The notes under the pieces are model-generated. The model was given only the letters and a program-made list of their open reading frames with translations, did not search any database and was not told the origin of the DNA. Source: Pseudovirgaria hyperparasitica (Eukaryota). From it: DNA of 64,000 nucleotides. The DNA is taken from assembly GCA_010093815.1 (NCBI GenBank), contig ML996565.1, one strand, 5' to 3'. Below are positions 54,203 to 64,000 of this stretch, piece by piece; position 1 is the first letter of the stretch, and each line of letters begins with the position of its first letter. A program made the translations under genes and the position numbers.

Positions 54203-54459
54203 TTTTTTCTGGTTTTGTGATTCACGTATAATTAATGATTGTAATGATTGATGGCTTATTGAGGCTGTAGAGGTGGTCGTGCCAAATATGTGTATGCTAC
54301 TAAGGCAAATTCACATTCGGGATTTCGAGGGTGAAGCCGAGTCGATAACACGCCATCGGAAGGAAGTCCATTAACAGTTGATCGTATGCCTGCTAGCAAA
54401 TAGACTGCTATGGAGAGATCCTGGGTTGGCCGTGCTGAAGACCCACGCTTACCACCCTC

Positions 54460-55026
54460 TCAGAGGTGCAGTACGTCGGGGCGTATATCCATTGAGTTGG
54501 TCTGCGCCTTCTCGATCAACTGGTTGATCGGTGGGAAACCATAAGGCCGGACGAGATCGGCAACTCTTCTCTTCCTCGCCTCCAAGTCCGCGCCTGGTGG
54601 CAAGTAGAGATCTCGGAGGCGGTAGAACTTGGAGTTCAGTCCATTAATCTGCCGCCTCTCGTAGGTTTGGCTGAGGCCCCTTCCAGGGTGTCGACGTGGC
54701 GTATCAGGTGGGAATCTTTGCTGGAACATTCTTTCGACGGCATCCCAGTTTGCGTCGTGGTCTACCCCTCCTTTCATGAAAAAGTAGTAGAGGTAAAGAA
54801 TGTAGGCATTTTGCTCGTCGTCGTACTGATGGCGGGCTTGACGCTGAGCAGGGCACTCATTGTCAGATCCGTCCGTCGACGATCCCTGGTCAGTGACATT
54901 CCGGTCGATGATGAAATCGAGACTCATTCGGTTGTCGGACATGTTGCGAGATGGTGCGAGATGGTCCGAAATCTGGATCAGCCGTTCTTGTGGAACGGTC
55001 GAGCGAGGCCTGGATGAACTTTCCAT
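54460..55026 (-). CDS. Small putative Myb/HTH-like DNA-binding protein (188 aa)
   Basis: RHQYDDEQNAYILYL...NWDAVERMFQQRFP...RQINGLNSKFYRLR has three-helix Myb/SANT-like spacing. The start could be an internal ATG (MSDNRMSLDFII). Confidence 0.6.
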   Translation of the reverse strand: MESSSRPRSTVPQERLIQISDHLAPSRNMSDNRMSLDFIIDRNVTDQGSSTDGSDNECPAQRQARHQYDDEQNAYILYLYYFFMKGGVDHDANWDAVERMFQQRFPPDTPRRHPGRGLSQTYERRQINGLNSKFYRLRDLYLPPGADLEARKRRVADLVRPYGFPPINQLIEKAQTNSMDIRPDVLHL

Positions 55027-58000
55027 TCGTACACTGTGTAGGCTATAATAAAGCTGGCAGTCTCATGAGCCCGCCGAGCCACCACCACCAAAAAGGAAAG
55101 GAAGAACGATTGAGCGAGCCAGAGATACGAGGCGAAGGGTGAGAGGTTACACAAGTGAGTAGGTAGACAGCGCTACACGATTGATATACACTACTTGTAT
55201 ACCTGTAAGACCGTCAGTGGACTTATGAGGTACTCCGTAAGTAAACAAGGAAGTATGGCCTACCCAAGATATGTATAACAAGGACCGTCGACCCAAGTAC
55301 GTGGAAGTGTGACCAGGCTTAGTTGCAGAGCGTGTCGCGACCTCCCCAGCGGCCCAGCCGACAAGCCTTTAATGGAACCAGCAGATAACCCTGTACTATT
55401 CCAGAAGTCAAAAGTCTGACCGGCGGTTATAGTCTGCTATAAGGCCCGTTCGCGTGTCCGAGTATGGATGTTCTGGGGTTGCTGCCGATTATTTGACGCG
55501 GGTGTACCGGGGTGTCGTATTCCCTCAACCTGGAGAGTCAGACTGAAGTAAGGGGCACAGTAGAAAACGGGGGCTGAAGTAGCCTTTTCTGGAAGAGGGC
55601 CTTGTCGTAGGGAATAGACTGCCGGAAGTACTCTGCTGTATGTGCTGTTGTGGTTGATGTATCACAACCGAGCATGTAAGGTGTGCCCAAATGATACACG
55701 CTGAACAAGCCCACAGCCTTGTAAACGTGATACAAGAAGAAAGCTCAAAGTCGGTCTTAAGAATGATGAAGATGACCTGGCTCCAAGGAGTCCCATGCAG
55801 GTGGCTGGATATTATAGTGACTGCATAAGGCAGAGTAAGCAAAGCTTCAGACTAGCGAACGAAAATGGTTTAAAGCCCAACTACTACGTCTGACTTGTCT
55901 ATCAAACCCGACTGAGGGGCAACAACTGTCACTCGTCTATTCACACCTTTCGCCAAGCGCGAAGCAAATGCTTGAAGAAAGTGATCGAACCAAAACATCG
56001 ACCTTCCTTATAGGTGATTACGACTCAAGAACATACGAGCTCGTTAGGGTCAACGGCTTCGACCAGCCGAGACGGGGCTTCAGCTCATACCACCTCATTG
56101 GTATGCTATGTAGATAGGCTTGTTCGATTGGTTGGTATCGATGTGGTGTGAAGGAGATAAAGGTCTTCGGTCACCTTGAAAGCAAGGGCGCCCTGGCGTT
56201 ATGAAGAACGGGTTCCCGGTTTCACACCCAGGGGACGGCCCCAGGCATCGCTTCCCATTTGCCGAAGACTCCTCAGAGTCATGGCATTCTCAAGAATCTC
56301 CACAAGATATCACGGCGCAAATCTCAACGATGCATACTTGCAGCTTGCACAGAAGACTTCACCAAGCATCTGCATGTCGGTGGGATGCCGACTCCGCGAG
56401 CTTTGGCTTGCAGGTCATTGCTGTAGGGCTCAGGCGAAGATCTCCAGCGGTGTGGGCCAGTAGGTGGCACAGGCGAGGCTATCACGATAGCCCGACGTTT
56501 GGTCATGCCACCTGTAGCCGTTAGATCCTCGCCTGTTAATCACATATGTTTCAGTTTGTATAGAGGACTACAGACTAATACTAATCAGTACAAATCCCTC
56601 CTCCCGACTACCAAGTCCCTGATTTTACCTTACAGGTAGCTATATAATACTTGCGCTAAGCTTGTTCACTTCGTAGAAGAGCGTATGATACGTACCTCTA
56701 GAGCTATCTATCTGCGAACCCAACACAGTTAGGGCTGGGCTATGTTAAAAACAAGGGCCAATTTAAGTCAAAAGAGCCAGGCAAGGTCTTAAAACTTAGT
56801 GTGATATATGTTGTTATCCGTCGTGGTGTCCATGTTGATATCGCCCTACAGATTTGCTTTTCTGCAACAACAGCCGTGAGGAGATGTGGTGTGATAGAAT
56901 TCGCCAAGACGGAAGACAGTGACGATCGCACACAAGATTGGGCGTCAAATTCCTCAAAGCCGCGCGAATCGCGCAACGAGGCGCCTAGTGGTGGTGGTGA
57001 CAACGAGCACTGAGCAGTGAGCACGCTGCACGGGAGGATAGAGCCTTGCCTCCCTTGCCTCCCTAGCCGTTTCCGCAACCGGACCCAGAGTTTCTCGGAA
57101 CTTGCCCTCGATCAATCGTCGTACTATATACGCACGCTACTATGGCCGTCGGGAAGGATTTTCTGTCGTCTGTCAGACCGGTGCTCAGAGGACTAATAAT
57201 ATCTATGTGGAGCTTAAGGATGCATCCGATCGGCAGGTGAGGGGGTTCTTACGCGCCGTGGACTAGCGCTGTTTACGCCAATTACACGCGCTGACTATAT
57301 CCATGAACACGGTACTTGGACAGGTACATGCAATGCATAAGAATGAGCCAATGTACATGAACAGAGGAATTAGAAATTTGTTGGAATGGCGGCGTAGTTG
57401 CAGAAAGGAAGGGCGAGGAGCGAGAACGAGGTCACCGGCCGCATGGTGCTTCCCATGTCTCGAAAGGGCCACATCTCGATTCAAGGGGCTATGACATTCC
57501 GTAATGAATTCGAAAGAAGGCGAGGAGACATGGAATACTAGCTAGCAGAGGACTAACTTATCTTGAAACGCCACAGTATAGTCCACCCATAATCGATATA
57601 GGTACCGCATTGCGAACGATGTTGCCATGAGAACAAGCATGATGCGCAGATCCACCCTATGTACGCCCATCTACCGTCACTAGAATTTTCACCTGAGAAT
57701 TAGACCCGAAAAGATGATACAAGGATATTACGAAGTCTGCAAGGGAGCTTCATTATACAGTATTGAAGATTTTGAACAAGCGATGATGTCTAATCGTCCC
57801 AACTCGGTACCCGGAGTCACTCCTGATTTCTTCTGCTTTGTGATTCGCTAAAGCAGACCAAAGCAAGCGGTGCAGTTCAATAGTATTTGGCTACACAAAT
57901 TTTACAGCTAGGCAGCCTTCGACTACAGCATCCCTGCCGTGACATGTCCCCAGCATCACGACCCTTCGTGTGGAGTCCTACATGTCACACGTCGTCTCTC

Positions 58001-58379
58001 CGTCAATCGATAGCCTTAGACCTTTTTGGTTCATGGATGGGTCTCCTCGCCGAACAAAATTCCGTCGGTCCGTTCTCCGCCACATACCCAATATTCAGCC
58101 TGAATAGGCAGATATTCAAAACAAGTACCCCAACAGTGAAGAGAAGAATGATAGCCCGCCGGTAGGAAATGGTACCCAGATAGGGACAGCGAAGCGGGGA
58201 TGGAGTATTAATGATGGTACAGAAGTCAAACAGAACACGAAACGAATATAGAGCGAAGACTGGAGCGCCGCCCAGCCAAACTTGCAAATAACCAGGACTG
58301 CGGACTAAAGCGTGTAACGGGTTCAAATATCGACATGTGGGAACCGGATTGAGAAACAAATTGTAGATAGGCTGAGAGT

Positions 58380-60854
58380 CTACTGTGCCCCTACCTCTAC
58401 CTCCTCCTCAGCCCAGCCAGGAAGTCCGCCATCACCCTGAATGGCAAGACCATAGCCACTGCTGCCGCCGCCGAATCCACCCAGGCCGGAGCTGAGGCTG
58501 CCGAAAGAATTCTGGGAGCCCTGCTGGGCGGTCTGCGAGAAGGGTCCCTGCGAGAAGACTGGAAGACTGACCGCTCGGGCATGCTGTGCACGGGCGCTGA
58601 GGTTTGAGGGAGCAAGCATGCCTCCGATGGTGGTTGAACTTGTAGATCCTCCGTTCATTAAGCTCACGCTACTCGTAGCATTATGGGTAGGGTGCGTGGG
58701 CTGTTGCACAGTAGGACTAGCGTCAGCGCCATAGAAGGCTGCCTGGGGGGAAGTGTACGATGCTTGCTGAGACTTCTGTTGCTCTAGCGCATTCTGATGA
58801 TGTTGCTGTTGCTGATTATGCAGGTACATCATCAATGGATTGTTCGCACCAGTGTTGAGAATGGACGAGGCTGTTGGCGCCTGAAGTGCTTGGTACTGAG
58901 CATTCGTGCTGGCTACTCCACCTGGAGCATTTGATCCAGTCGGTGACACAGAGGTCTGACTTCGATTCTGCTGAATACCGTTGATAGGTGAAGGTGATGA
59001 CATGCCCTCGTGGCTACCCGACTGCTGGTTCTGTTGCATCTGGTTTCCAGAATTGATCTGACGAGGTGGGTTTCCACACCTGTCTTTGCCGAAATTAACC
59101 TTGAATCTTTTGTACTCTTCTCGCCCGCGAATGGCTTCGATTGCTTTGATTGCGTTGGCAATGTTTGTAAAATTGACAAATGCGCAACTCTTTTCTCTGA
59201 GGGCGTTAACAAGTTCAATCTCGCCATACTCAGCGAAGTCTTGACGCAGCCGCTCCTCGCTCCATGACTCGTCGAGGTTGCCGATGTAGACATTGCGCGA
59301 AGCACCACCACTGACTGCAAGCGCTATGGCTGGTGGAAGTGCGCCTGAATGCTTCCCCCACCCTATCTTGAGACGTCTATTATGGATCATAAGACCCTGC
59401 AGATTGCTCAGCGCATAAAATGATGCAGCTGATGTCGGGTCAATGAACGTTACGAAGCAGATATGCTTGTCCGGGATGTAGCGAATATGGTGCAACAGAC
59501 CTCCTCTAACCACGTTGCAAATCTCTTCGATTGTGGTTTCGGGATGAATGTTACCCAGGTAAACAGTTCTATTACCGAGATTGTTCACTCCGCCAGCGGA
59601 GGTGGCGACAGCGGCGGCAGCAACAGACTGCTGTGCAAGCGCATTCGAGATAATATCACGGTCTGCGCCGTTCAGGACGTGTGCATATCCGGGGGCAATG
59701 CCAAGATACTGCGCAGCATTCTGCTGCTGAGTCTTGGAAACATAGGCACACCGATCTTTCCCATAGTATACGCGTCGGGGGGTTTGCCATTTTGGCTCCT
59801 GGGGCAATTGAGCTACAGCTTTGATTGCATTTCCAATAGACAAGAAGTGAACGAAGCCAATAGCTTTCTCACGCACAATCTTGACCGTGTCAACGGGTCC
59901 GAACTTGCCAAGATCTTCTCTGAGCTCTTCTTCAGAAACATCCTCGGGCAGGTTCCCTAGATACACGTTGCGTGAAGCGCCTGACTGTTGGACAGCGAGT
60001 GCTACTGATGTGGGCACTTGAGATGGCTTGCCCCAACCGATCTTAATGTCTTGACCTCTGATGGATAATTTTTTAAGAATGGCATCCGAATGAAAATGGG
60101 TCGCAGAACTGCTATCTAAGAACGAGATAAATGCGCAGTTCTTATCAGGAAGGAGTCTGACAGATTCAATTTGACCGCTTCGTACGTGACCAAGAATCTC
60201 CTCAGCAGATGTCTCAGGAGGGATGTTACCCAAATAGACGGTTCGGCTGGTGCCAGAAACGAGGCCAGGAGCCATATGCATTGATGCGCCCATCCCGCCC
60301 ATCGCTTGATTACCCATTCCAGGGTAACCACCCGTTGGTGATTGAGGACCACCGAAGAATGCCGGTGCGTTCATGGAGTTTGGAGACATCATGCTGTTGT
60401 ACATTTGCGGGGATAGCGGTGTCTGCTGCTGAAGAGGACTACCCATCTGATTTTGTTGTCCCTGTGGCTGAGTGGCAGCATTTTGAGCGAAGCTAGAAAA
60501 GTTCTGAAATTGCGGGGAGGTGAAAGCGGATGGAGATCCTGGTTGAAAAGGACTTCCCAATAGTAGTTGCGAAGGAAGTAAAGGAGTAAAATTCATATCA
60601 AAAGCCGTTCCAGGAGTCTGCATATCATTCATATTTTGATGCTGTCCAACCCTGCCTGTATTGATTGCAGGGATGTTCCGTTGGGGGTGGCGATCTCCGT
60701 AGCCAGACATTGAATGCTGATTCTGGTGATACGCCCCGTGCGAGAAGCCGGTATGATCGCCGTTCATGGCGGGCTTTGAAAAGGAGTTTTGATGACGGGG
60801 ACCAGTATTTCCGTTGTGCCCACTGTAGCCGTTGTTCGACTCCTGATGTTGCAT
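58380..60854 (-). CDS. nrd1: Four-RRM RNA-binding protein, S. pombe Nrd1 / S. cerevisiae Mrn1 type
   Basis: Four RRMs (RTVYLGNIP/KNCAFISF, RNVYLGNLP/IGFVHF, RTVYLGNIH/ICFVTF, RNVYIGNL/SCAFVNF) with YGKDRC and FGKDRC. First ATG at 60854. Confidence 0.9.
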   Translation of the reverse strand: MQHQESNNGYSGHNGNTGPRHQNSFSKPAMNGDHTGFSHGAYHQNQHSMSGYGDRHPQRNIPAINTGRVGQHQNMNDMQTPGTAFDMNFTPLLPSQLLLGSPFQPGSPSAFTSPQFQNFSSFAQNAATQPQGQQNQMGSPLQQQTPLSPQMYNSMMSPNSMNAPAFFGGPQSPTGGYPGMGNQAMGGMGASMHMAPGLVSGTSRTVYLGNIPPETSAEEILGHVRSGQIESVRLLPDKNCAFISFLDSSSATHFHSDAILKKLSIRGQDIKIGWGKPSQVPTSVALAVQQSGASRNVYLGNLPEDVSEEELREDLGKFGPVDTVKIVREKAIGFVHFLSIGNAIKAVAQLPQEPKWQTPRRVYYGKDRCAYVSKTQQQNAAQYLGIAPGYAHVLNGADRDIISNALAQQSVAAAAVATSAGGVNNLGNRTVYLGNIHPETTIEEICNVVRGGLLHHIRYIPDKHICFVTFIDPTSAASFYALSNLQGLMIHNRRLKIGWGKHSGALPPAIALAVSGGASRNVYIGNLDESWSEERLRQDFAEYGEIELVNALREKSCAFVNFTNIANAIKAIEAIRGREEYKRFKVNFGKDRCGNPPRQINSGNQMQQNQQSGSHEGMSSPSPINGIQQNRSQTSVSPTGSNAPGGVASTNAQYQALQAPTASSILNTGANNPLMMYLHNQQQQHHQNALEQQKSQQASYTSPQAAFYGADASPTVQQPTHPTHNATSSVSLMNGGSTSSTTIGGMLAPSNLSARAQHARAVSLPVFSQGPFSQTAQQGSQNSFGSLSSGLGGFGGGSSGYGLAIQGDGGLPGWAEEEVEVGAQ

Positions 60855-62665
60855 ACCGAGAAGATGAGGAGGCAGGACCACGCTGTCCCGCGGGTGTGAC
60901 GATAATACAGCCGTGGTGTACTACTACAATGTCCGGTCCTTGAGGTACCGGACTATTACAATGTTATGCGTAAAGATCTAACGTATAGGTAGGCAGTGGT
61001 GGCTGACGTCTGGGAGCCCAAGGGACTTATTAGAGGCAAGAGAACCTGCGAGACTGCATCAGTCAGTACAGCGCCTCAAACCCTAGCTGATTGAGCAACA
61101 GCAGCCGACGCACCTTTGATACAAAGACACGAAGACACAAAGACTGTTGTAATATGGACAGATTGTTGTCCAAGAATACAGTATTTCCACACGGCGGCTA
61201 CTGACACGCAGTGCTATGTCGAGAAGACGTCTCCTGATGCTCCTAAAGATGCCTTGCAGCGATGCAGCCCTGAACAATTGGTATCCAGACGTTTCAGTCG
61301 GATACACCAAGTTAGAAGCAGATTGGATGAGGCCCGTTTGATTGGAATGTCGAACAGAAGGGCAGTAGAAGCAGCGGGGAGGCAGATGAGTAGAAGATAG
61401 ATGCTTAAGGAGCGAAGGGATTAAAGTTGAGAAGAAAGGAAGAGAACGGTGAAGCCGCAGATGAATATGAAAGGATTAAGGAGTGAAGCTACGTCAATCG
61501 ACGAGCAGAGAGGAAATTGATGCAGATGAAAGAAAGGGTTCAGAGAGGTGAGTAGTAAGTGTAGGAGTGGTGAAAGTATCGTCGCGCGCCGTTCCTCCTG
61601 AATGAAGGCACGCTAAGGAATGCAGAGATGGCCCCTGCAAATCACCCGTGTCCGTTCATGGGCTAGCGTGCAGGCCTGAGGCTGCACTTCCCAATCGGAA
61701 TGACTTAGGCATGTTGCCTGTTGCCTGAGGTGTCGGGTGATGTCAGTACGTGTGGGTAGTTTTGCCTATTGAGTACAATTATGGCATGGCATGGCAGGAG
61801 CAGACAGTTCGTGTCGTTCCCTCCACATAGAGGTTTCGACTGTTTACCTGCCTCATGTGTCCCGTCTCGTGTGGCGCACCATCTGAGCGTGATAAATAAT
61901 GCAGGTGGCTCGTGCCGTCCATTTTCGGCTAAAATAAATATCAAAGCCCCTGTCCCGAAGCCTGATGCGGACGGATGTATTGATCATGTAGACAGCCGCC
62001 GCTTCTGCAAGACACCGCATGATACACCAACCGCTCTGTAACAGACAACTCATTTGACTACCATATCCAGCTTAGACTACCGCAAAGAAGCTTTCAGAGA
62101 ATACTCGCAGAAGCCCTAAGTATCTGTTCTCCTGTCACCTCCTGACTCGTAAGGCAATATTAGCACCTCATCTGTTCTGTCGGATGAACAACTTGGGCGA
62201 TGGGCATTCATTGACAGACGAGCGCCACACTTAAGCTACCGCCCCCAATTCTCTAGAGGACTATGCGCAAGGTGATTGCATTCATCCGTATTCTGTTACT
62301 GTCTAAAGCCCAGACCTCATGCGCCGGTACTTCACTACCCTGGAGGCCTCGCCTCGTGTGATATATCTCCGTTGACATACATAGAGCATAGATTTCGAAA
62401 GAATCAGTCCAACACAGCGGGCGATTAATAAATTTTATGCTCCGCTCTAGACTTAAACAGATGTTTCGCTTTCTAGAGACCAACGAAATCGGAGCTGCAA
62501 ATGGTTTGGAACAGGTCCCTAAGGACAGATTTGAGACTAGCCGCGTTAGGATTAGACTCGAATAAGATCCAGATCGGGGTTAAGCCGGCATCAACAACAT
62601 GGAATTCGCGAAATGTGTCCGACCTCTGCCATCCACGGAGTGCTGCATCCGTCACCCACGATCCG

Positions 62666-64000
62666 ATGGACGAACTCTATCCATCCATATCTCAATGCGC
62701 CGTGGTCGCCACGGTCCTCAAAGTATTGCTCTTTCCTGCGTAGTAAGCCACCAATTAAATGACCGCTATCAGGGTTCTGAAATCACACATAGCAAATCTA
62801 CTGACTTTGAGGTGCATCGAAATTGGCTTGCTCTCACCAACTCACTACCACTGAAAGAATGGTACTTCGAGGTATGATGACCAATGAGTCTTCTTAGATC
62901 TGCTTGACTTGCTTATGCCGTGTAGCAAACGTCTGAATGGACTCTTGACTACCCTCCTTTCTTTGCGTACTTTGAATGGGTGTTGTCTCAACCAGCTCGA
63001 TTTATAGAACCGGGTCTCTTGAATATCAAAGCTCTAGGCTTCGATTCATGGAAAACGGTATACTACCAACGAGCAACGGTACTAGCCTCTGAACTGGTCC
63101 TCGTTTTGGCCCTGTACATGTGCGCATACGCACTCACACGTTTGGCATAAGCTAATTCAAGGCTCAGATTCGTTCAGACCTCTCCTTCAAAAAAATTAGC
63201 GCATGTGTCCGCTTTGTCGATACTGCTCTCGCCCGGTCTCCTCATCATCGATCACATCCATTTTCAATACAATGGATTTCTCTATGGTCTACTCATTCTC
63301 TCCGTGACACTCGCTAGGAACAGGTCGACCCTGCTTCTCAGTGGCATCATCTTTGCCGCACTGCTCTGTCTGAAGCACATCTATTTGTATCTTGCTCCAG
63401 CTTATTTCGTCTACCTGCTTCGAGCCTACTGCTTGAGCCCCGACAACATACTTCGTCCACGGATTACCAATTGTCTCAAGTTAGGTATTAGCATTGGTGT
63501 CATATTTGTGGCATCCTTCGGACCATTTGCATATTTCAATCAGATTCCGCAAGTGCTGAGCCGACTTTTCCCGTTCTCTAGGGGCTTGTGTCATGCATAC
63601 TGGGCGCCGAACATTTGGGCTATGTACTCATTTACTGACAGGGTTCTTATATACTGTAAGTCTGTCCTGATATTTCCAAGTCTAGTGGATTGACTCTCTG
63701 TAGTGGCTCCTTACATAGGCTTGAATGTTGACGCAGCCGCGCTGAGTAGTGTTACTCGAGGAAGAGTTGGTGATACTTCTTTCGCTGTTCTACCAGATGT
63801 CACTCCTGGCACAACATTCATTATTACCCTGACTTTCCAGATTGTGAGCTTATCTCGGCTGCCCGTCACTCACCAGTTCTTAACTCGCTTTAGATTTGTC
63901 TCATCAAGCTGTTCCTCAAACCTTCCTGGGAAGGTTTTGTCGGAGCGGTGACACTCTGCGGTTATGCCTCATTTCTATTCGGGTGGCATGTTCACGAGAA
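62666..64000 (+). CDS. ALG8: Dolichyl-P-Glc:Glc1Man9GlcNAc2-PP-Dol alpha-1,3-glucosyltransferase, 3' partial
   Basis: [51 protein letters not shown] and [17 protein letters not shown]. Multiple introns; the gene runs off the window. Confidence 0.96.

Noticed and set aside
55500..56520. Short ORFs suggesting a gene remnant
   Set aside because: Stops in all frames and no identifiable family.

Overview
Gene-dense window from a filamentous ascomycete (Pezizomycotina; a dothideomycete-like fungus by inference). It has short GT-AG introns with CTRAC-type branch points. Recognisable housekeeping genes are PDA1, SRP72, DHFR (DFR1), a DRS2-type P4-ATPase, mitoribosomal mL46, IWR1, an equilibrative nucleoside transporter, a four-RRM Nrd1/Mrn1-type protein and the 5' part of ALG8. 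Less standard genes are a QIP/Gfd2-like DEDDh exonuclease with zinc knuckles, two divergent GPI-type surface proteins, a ~2000-aa CorA-domain protein, an FHA-like/kinase fusion, a zinc-cluster-less fungal TF-like protein, a Tc1/mariner-HTH-derived gene, a RING-ZZ-SH3 protein, a CCCH protein, an amidase with an extra C-terminal domain and a small Myb/HTH-like protein. The most striking structure is a ~12 kb block (about 21.5-33.3 kb) saturated with simple repeats and low-complexity coding insertions. I saw no tRNA, rRNA, CRISPR array or intact transposon. All calls were made by eye from motifs and no database search was run. I found no unambiguous novel multi-gene system, so the leads are listed as findings.
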